Assembly: GCA_963666315.2 (NCBI GenBank)
Contig: CAXXHG010000034.1
Span: 1-11,921, forward strand
Length of the DNA: 11,921 nucleotides
Direction: 5' to 3'
From: Candidatus Binatia bacterium
Lineage (GTDB): Bacteria > Desulfobacterota > Binatia > Bin18
Part shown: one piece after another, positions 7,635 to 11,921 of the stretch
How positions within the stretch are numbered: position 1 is the first letter of the stretch
Layout of the letters: the number at the start of each line of letters is the position of its first letter
Translations under genes and position numbers: made by a program
The notes under the pieces: model-generated
What the model saw: only the letters and a program-made list of their open reading frames with translations
Told to the model about the DNA's origin: nothing
Database searches by the model: none

Positions 7635-7722
7635 GGAACAGATTGCGTCGTTTGTTCCTCTGCTGTGGCCCTCCTGGCGTAAAGTGAGGCAGGCCGGCGG
7701 TCTGTCTTACCCTACTGCCAGG
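7635..7722 (+). other. Two consecutive RNA hairpins in the esterase-GST intergenic region
   Basis: Hairpin 1: GGAACAGAT/GTTTGTTCC (7635-7658). Hairpin 2: 7673-7722 with a 12-bp inner stem GTGAGGCAGGCC/GGTCTGTCTTAC (three G-U pairs) and outer CCTGGC/GCCAGG. Confidence 0.55.
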
Positions 7723-7804
7723 CCCGTTGTTACTTCTTGCCAGGTTATGCCAGCCCGCTTGAGGGGGTTCGGCTGACGGCGTGAACACCGAGGAGGAAGA
7801 CCAC

Positions 7805-8581
7805 ATGGCAGACTACATCGACATCGAGCAGGCCAAAACCCTGGACGGATTACGGATTGTTGCCCCTCCGGGCCGCCCCAACCCGTGGGCCGAGGGGCTC
7901 AAAGGTATGTGTTACATCAAGAACCTGCCGTACGTGCTGGTCGGCAAAGCGCCCGGGCACGATGCCGCTTTGCAGGACTGGACCCGTCAGAGCAGCGCGC
8001 CCGTAGCCGTCTGGAATGAGGAACGGCCGCGCACCACCTGGAATGAACAACTCTATTTGGTTGAGCGGCTTGCCCCGCAGCCCTCGCTCGTGCCGGACGA
8101 TGAGACCGATCGCATTCTCATGTTCGGGCTGTGTAACGAGTTGTGTGGTGAGGCTGGCTTTGGCTGGTCCCGCCGTATCATGATCGTCCATGGTATCTTG
8201 TCTAACCCGGAGGTGGGCGAGCAAGGCAAAGCGGCGGCGTCCTACTTGGGCGGCAAGTACGGCTATAGCCCGGCCACCGCCGAAGCCGTCCCCCAGCGCG
8301 TCACCCAGATCCTGCGAACCTTGAGTGCGCGCTTAGCCGAGCAGCAGGCCCAAGGCCGCCAGTATCTGATCGGGAACACACTGTCCGCCTTGGACATTTA
8401 TTGGTCCACATTTGCCGTACTCGTCGCACCCCTGCCGCTCGATCTGTGTCCGATGGACGCAGCCTTCCGGGCCTCGTTTGTGAACACCGACTCCGTGGTG
8501 GCTGAGGCGCTGTCTCCCCAATTATTGGAGCACCGCGACCGGATTTATCGCGACCATTTACGACTGCCTATGGACTTTTAA
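7805..8581 (+). CDS. Divergent glutathione S-transferase-fold protein
   Basis: SD GAGGAGG, ATG 7805. N-terminal NPWAEGLK and WTRQSSAPV; C-terminal YLIGNTLSALDIYW is the GST N-capping box motif. Confidence 0.75.
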   Translation: MADYIDIEQAKTLDGLRIVAPPGRPNPWAEGLKGMCYIKNLPYVLVGKAPGHDAALQDWTRQSSAPVAVWNEERPRTTWNEQLYLVERLAPQPSLVPDDETDRILMFGLCNELCGEAGFGWSRRIMIVHGILSNPEVGEQGKAAASYLGGKYGYSPATAEAVPQRVTQILRTLSARLAEQQAQGRQYLIGNTLSALDIYWSTFAVLVAPLPLDLCPMDAAFRASFVNTDSVVAEALSPQLLEHRDRIYRDHLRLPMDF

Positions 8582-8766
8582 GATTCTGTCAGGTTATTGA
8601 ACGATACCGCCAAGTTGAGAGACCCTTGGGTCCTGTCCTATTAGGGTAATAATATACTTGACTAACCCCTCAAAGCGCCTTGCCGCATCCTTGCCTTCCG
8701 TGTACTGGTACTCCCTTGGGAGTGGGCGTGTTTCATCCATGCACCGGACCATGCCATGATCCAGCC

Positions 8767-8870
8767 TGTCACGCAAAGCGATTGTACCCCTTAGATGCCG
8801 GTACACCTTAAAGCCAACTGGTACAGTTTGGGCAACGGAGTGGTACGGTTTCAGCCCATAGTACCCCCTT
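8767..8870. repeat. Array B of TGGTACA-type repeats, preceded by TGTCAC
   Basis: GTAC cores at 8784, 8801, 8821, 8843 and 8861 (spacing 17, 20, 22, 18). Colinear with array A. Confidence 0.65.
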
Positions 8871-8983
8871 TCTATTTTTTTGCTTTTTCTGCATTGCGGC
8901 ACCGTTCGCCATAAGGGACGCTGTCGATAAGGCGATAACAGTCAGGATAGGGAGAGATCCTGAGCAACGCACAGGAGGACAGA

Positions 8984-9679
8984 ATGAAGCAGGCAAGCCA
9001 CCCTGCTTTTGTCTTAGGCGGTTTGGTCGTGGCTCTCCTCCTCTGTTGGGCCATTATATCGGTAGCCCCAGATCAGGAAGCCTGCAACATGTTCACGGAG
9101 ATGCTGGCGGAAATCGAGCCTACAGATGTTCTCGCAGTCTACATTGGCAGGCTGCCAAAGAACCAGCGGGAACGCGTTTATGTCGGTGATCTCAGTGGAC
9201 AGCATCCCCTGTTCGTGGAGGTCTGGGGGCTGAGAAAGGAGCAGATTGACCTAAGTGATCAGGTCAAGGTGTTACAGGCAGACCGGGAGCAGAAACAATC
9301 AGACCGAGAAGACCAGCTTGAGAAGCTGCGTGGGGATGTTCAGCACAAACAGAGGGAGCTGGATCTGGAGGCTGAGCGTATCCGTCTGGCTTATGCAGGT
9401 GGCTACTCGCCGCTGACTGCTCGTGAAGTCCGGGCTGAGTTGCTCCGTATTGAGATCCAGAGGCAGGAGATGGAGATTGAGCGTATCCAACAAAAGCAGC
9501 GCATACAGGAGCAGAATATCAGCGAGCTAGATGCACTTCTCACGCAGATAAGTGCTATCCGGGGTGAGATGACACCAGTATACGAGCAGTTGATAGAGAA
9601 GAGCCGGGAGCTGCTTGAACAAGAAAGAGGGCGGGAGTGCCGCTGGTTCGGGAGGTGGAGAGAACCAAACTGGGAATAA
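8984..9679 (+). CDS. Hypothetical membrane-anchored or exported coiled-coil protein (cargo of the TIR element)
   Basis: SD AGGAGG. N-terminal hydrophobic segment AFVLGGLVVALLLCWAIISV, followed by a long E/Q/R-rich heptad-like region. 231 aa. Confidence 0.75.
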   Translation: MKQASHPAFVLGGLVVALLLCWAIISVAPDQEACNMFTEMLAEIEPTDVLAVYIGRLPKNQRERVYVGDLSGQHPLFVEVWGLRKEQIDLSDQVKVLQADREQKQSDREDQLEKLRGDVQHKQRELDLEAERIRLAYAGGYSPLTAREVRAELLRIEIQRQEMEIERIQQKQRIQEQNISELDALLTQISAIRGEMTPVYEQLIEKSRELLEQERGRECRWFGRWREPNWE

Positions 9680-9830
9680 GACCTCTGTCCCTACCTGCTT
9701 CGTGGCCGCCTCGTAAGCGTGAGAGGAGCATGGTTAGTCAAGTCTATTATTACCCTAATTAGGAGAATGCCCGTTTGCCGATCATAGTGGGTCGCGATGC
9801 GACGGTAGTGTTTGAGCTGGCATTGTCAAC

Positions 9831-9940
9831 TCATTGGTGCAAGACTAATTCAGCGCTCGGCGGTACAGATTCGATACGCTGATACGCTTTGGAGGGGGAG
9901 GGAACGAGGAGAGACAGAGATGACTACCGTCGATATCATC
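9831..9940 (+). mobile_element. Possible left-end stub of an IS982-like element
   Basis: CATTGGTGC (9832-9840) resembles such IS ends as I recall them. SD GAGGAG and ATG 9920 encode MTTVDII, like the MTTxDFI start of these transposases, then similarity stops. Confidence 0.25.
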
Positions 9941-10001
9941 AATGAATGCCAAGACACAGATGGCATATTCAGCGTGGTTTTACACTCCCCGACCGCACCT
10001 A

Positions 10002-10292
10002 TCAGATAGGGTGAGCCTTAATGATAGCAATAAGGCGGGCGTGGATATCGGGCTGACGATCGGCTTGCTCCGTGAAAAAATCAGCCATTGCTCGTGGCTC
10101 TTCCATTCCCATTGGTACGAGATCGAATCCGATCTCTGGATTAGAAAATTCCCAATTCCCAGTCTCTTGTATTTTGCATAGATTCCCGATGACGGGATTT
10201 CTGTCGGGTCTCTGTGCCAAACGGACAAACACTTGCCGCATTTCCTCGCCAGGGGCGACGGTGACGATGACTTCCTCTTGCTCGTTTTGCAT
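10002..10292 (-). CDS. Hypothetical protein (96 aa)
   Basis: SD AAGGAG upstream of ATG 10292 and a globular-protein-like composition. No motif recognised. Confidence 0.6.
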   Translation of the reverse strand: MQNEQEEVIVTVAPGEEMRQVFVRLAQRPDRNPVIGNLCKIQETGNWEFSNPEIGFDLVPMGMEEPRAMADFFTEQADRQPDIHARLIAIIKAHPI

Positions 10293-10450
10293 GAGCCCGT
10301 CTCTCCTTTTCCCGGTCTTTACGATACCAGTCAGGCCCGCCCCTTGCCATGTCGATAGACATTCCCCGAACGGATACCCGTGCGAGTTGTGACGGAGAGG
10401 CCAATAATGGCTTCATTGCCAAGATCAACTGGAACAACGTGGGCGACGTT

Positions 10451-11707
10451 TTATGAAAAACCCATCACGTCGTGGTAGTAATTCCAATAGCCACGCAGAG
10501 CCGTCTCAGTTATGAGGTTTTCCTGGTCCTCTGTACCAGTCCCACCCAATTCGAGCATTGAGCATTCGTCCTTTTCTCCGACAATCGCTTGCTGTACCAG
10601 CTCTGTTGCATAGCCGTCTTCCATGGAGACATAGCCGGCTGGCCCGGCTAAATCGGCCTGTTTGATACGGATGCGGCGCATCTCCTCCTCATCATCTTCA
10701 AAGCCAAAGAAGGTAAACACGAGCTCAAACCGATCCGGTCCCTTGGGCAAAATCTGTCGAGTGGCCAGGGTGTTTTGAATCTGCTGGACAACCAAGCACG
10801 GGAAGATCGTCTGGATTTGGACATTTAAGTCGATATCAAATTCTTGACGCGAGGTGAGGAGAGAGGGATCAGCCAGGGCATAGTCTTTTTGATAGCTATG
10901 CATATTCTTGCCTGTATACGCAGCAGTCTCTTCTTGCTCCGTCTTTCTGTAGGCGCGCACTATGCTGTGTCGGCCAGTCTCATCCATGGTGATGCCACCG
11001 CCTTGGGAGGAACGATACAGGCCAAAAGTGGTGAGGAAGAGATGGAGCAGACTGGCATGATAGGGATCTTTCACATTCTCTGAATAGAGTTTCCAGTTGG
11101 CATGGGTGAATTGCCGGGTATAGCCCAAGACTTGCACGGGCCGATTGAAAACCCGGTCGAGCCACGGACGCATGGCCGGGCCAAGATAGTCGAAGAGTGG
11201 CTCAACCTCAGAAGAGAACGACGCGAAGATAAGACCTTTGTACGTATCGACCTGGAGTTTCTGGAGTGAATGGTGCGCAGGATCAAAGTCGGCTGGGTAG
11301 CCGCCCTGTTGATTAATCCCCTTACGGAACGGAACCCCAATCAGGTCGCCTTTCTGGCTATAACTCCACTGATGGTAAATGCAGGTATGGCTCGCCTTAT
11401 TACCACGAGACTCGCGGCAGACCATTGCTCCCCGATGCGCGCAACGATTGACAAAGGCATGCAGAACGCCTTCTTTGTCACGCGACACCACAATCGGCGT
11501 GTCGCCAACAAATGTGGCCTTAAAGTCACCAGGGCTGGCAACCTCAGCTTCGAGCCCGACATAACTCCAGGTTGGACCTCTGAAGATGCGTTCCTGTTCG
11601 AGGCTATACACCGCAGGATCACAAAAGACTTGATACGGGACTGAGGTCATACCGGCTGTCGGCCAGTTGAAATCGACGCGAGAGTTTTCCATAGGTGAAA
11701 GGCTCAT
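10451..11707 (-). CDS. andAc: Rieske aromatic ring-hydroxylating oxygenase alpha subunit, anthranilate 1,2-dioxygenase AndAc / salicylate hydroxylase clade
   Basis: SD AAGGGAGG before ATG 11707 (the track's 11908 start is too early). Rieske CAH...CIYH; mononuclear Fe motif ENVKDPYHASLLH and SMEDG. EQERIFRGPTW and MRPWLDRVF resemble Burkholderia AndAc as I recall it. Confidence 0.85.
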   Translation of the reverse strand: MSLSPMENSRVDFNWPTAGMTSVPYQVFCDPAVYSLEQERIFRGPTWSYVGLEAEVASPGDFKATFVGDTPIVVSRDKEGVLHAFVNRCAHRGAMVCRESRGNKASHTCIYHQWSYSQKGDLIGVPFRKGINQQGGYPADFDPAHHSLQKLQVDTYKGLIFASFSSEVEPLFDYLGPAMRPWLDRVFNRPVQVLGYTRQFTHANWKLYSENVKDPYHASLLHLFLTTFGLYRSSQGGGITMDETGRHSIVRAYRKTEQEETAAYTGKNMHSYQKDYALADPSLLTSRQEFDIDLNVQIQTIFPCLVVQQIQNTLATRQILPKGPDRFELVFTFFGFEDDEEEMRRIRIKQADLAGPAGYVSMEDGYATELVQQAIVGEKDECSMLELGGTGTEDQENLITETALRGYWNYYHDVMGFS

Positions 11708-11921
11708 TGGGGCACCTCCCTTACGCTCTCTTACGGAGAACCGATTTGCGTGCGCCGCTCTTCCGGCCCATAGTAGATACCGATTTATATGTATTCGCAA
11801 GTCAAACGTGAGACGTGAGGAAACTGGGGGACGTTCTTGAATGCGTGGAATAAATGCGGGCGGTGGAGAGAAAGAAACCTTGAAGGGAAGAGGATTTAGC
11901 AGTACCATCCTCCGCAGACCA

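Larger units (their letters stand above)
8645..9754. mobile_element. Non-autonomous IS1595-family-like element (mobile insertion cassette) without transposase
   Basis: TIRs GGTAATAATATACTTGACTAACC (8645-8667) and GGTTAGTCAAGTCTATTATTACC (9732-9754) match at 22/23. Flanks CCTATTAG (8637-8644) and CTAATTAG (9755-9762) fit a degenerate 8-bp target duplication. Confidence 0.8.

Noticed and set aside
8628-8644. GGGTCCTGTCCTATTAG as the end of a second, IS1016-like element
   Set aside because: Resemblance is from memory only, short, and has no partner in the window.
8621-8723. Palindromes GACCC-TT-GGGTC (8621-8632) and ACTCCC-TT-GGGAGT (8710-8723)
   Set aside because: Short, with 2-nt loops and no functional context I can support.
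5471-8870. CRISPR interpretation of the GTAC repeat arrays
   Set aside because: Repeats are only about 7-11 bp and degenerate with a period of about 20 bp, too short for repeat-spacer units; no cas genes.
10348-10455. Short plus-strand ORF ending FIAKINWNNV, reminiscent of a superoxide dismutase C-terminus
   Set aside because: Only a few residues match, no metal ligands and no SD; likely chance.

Overview
Bacterial window in which high-GC catabolic/detoxification genes alternate with small accessory blocks. The catabolic genes are: a Baeyer-Villiger-type flavin monooxygenase cut off by the window edge (missed by the ORF track), a TTC38-like TPR gene broken by one in-frame TGA, a 3-sulfinopropanoyl-CoA desulfinase-like acyl-CoA dehydrogenase (acdA), two GST-fold genes, an HSL-family esterase and an AndAc-like Rieske oxygenase alpha subunit. 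The accessory blocks are: (i) a self-contained Zn-finger/DUF5678 + retropepsin-like protease operon with a leaderless promoter overlapped by a palindrome; (ii) a nuclease-remnant/lipoprotein/DUF4145 (HEPN) block; (iii) a 1.1-kb transposase-less element with 23-bp IS1595-like terminal inverted repeats carrying a membrane coiled-coil gene. Two homologous arrays of TGGTACA-type repeats (about 5471-5540 and 8781-8870) bracket the GST-esterase-GST block. Family assignments come from motif recognition and recalled sequences, not from database searches.
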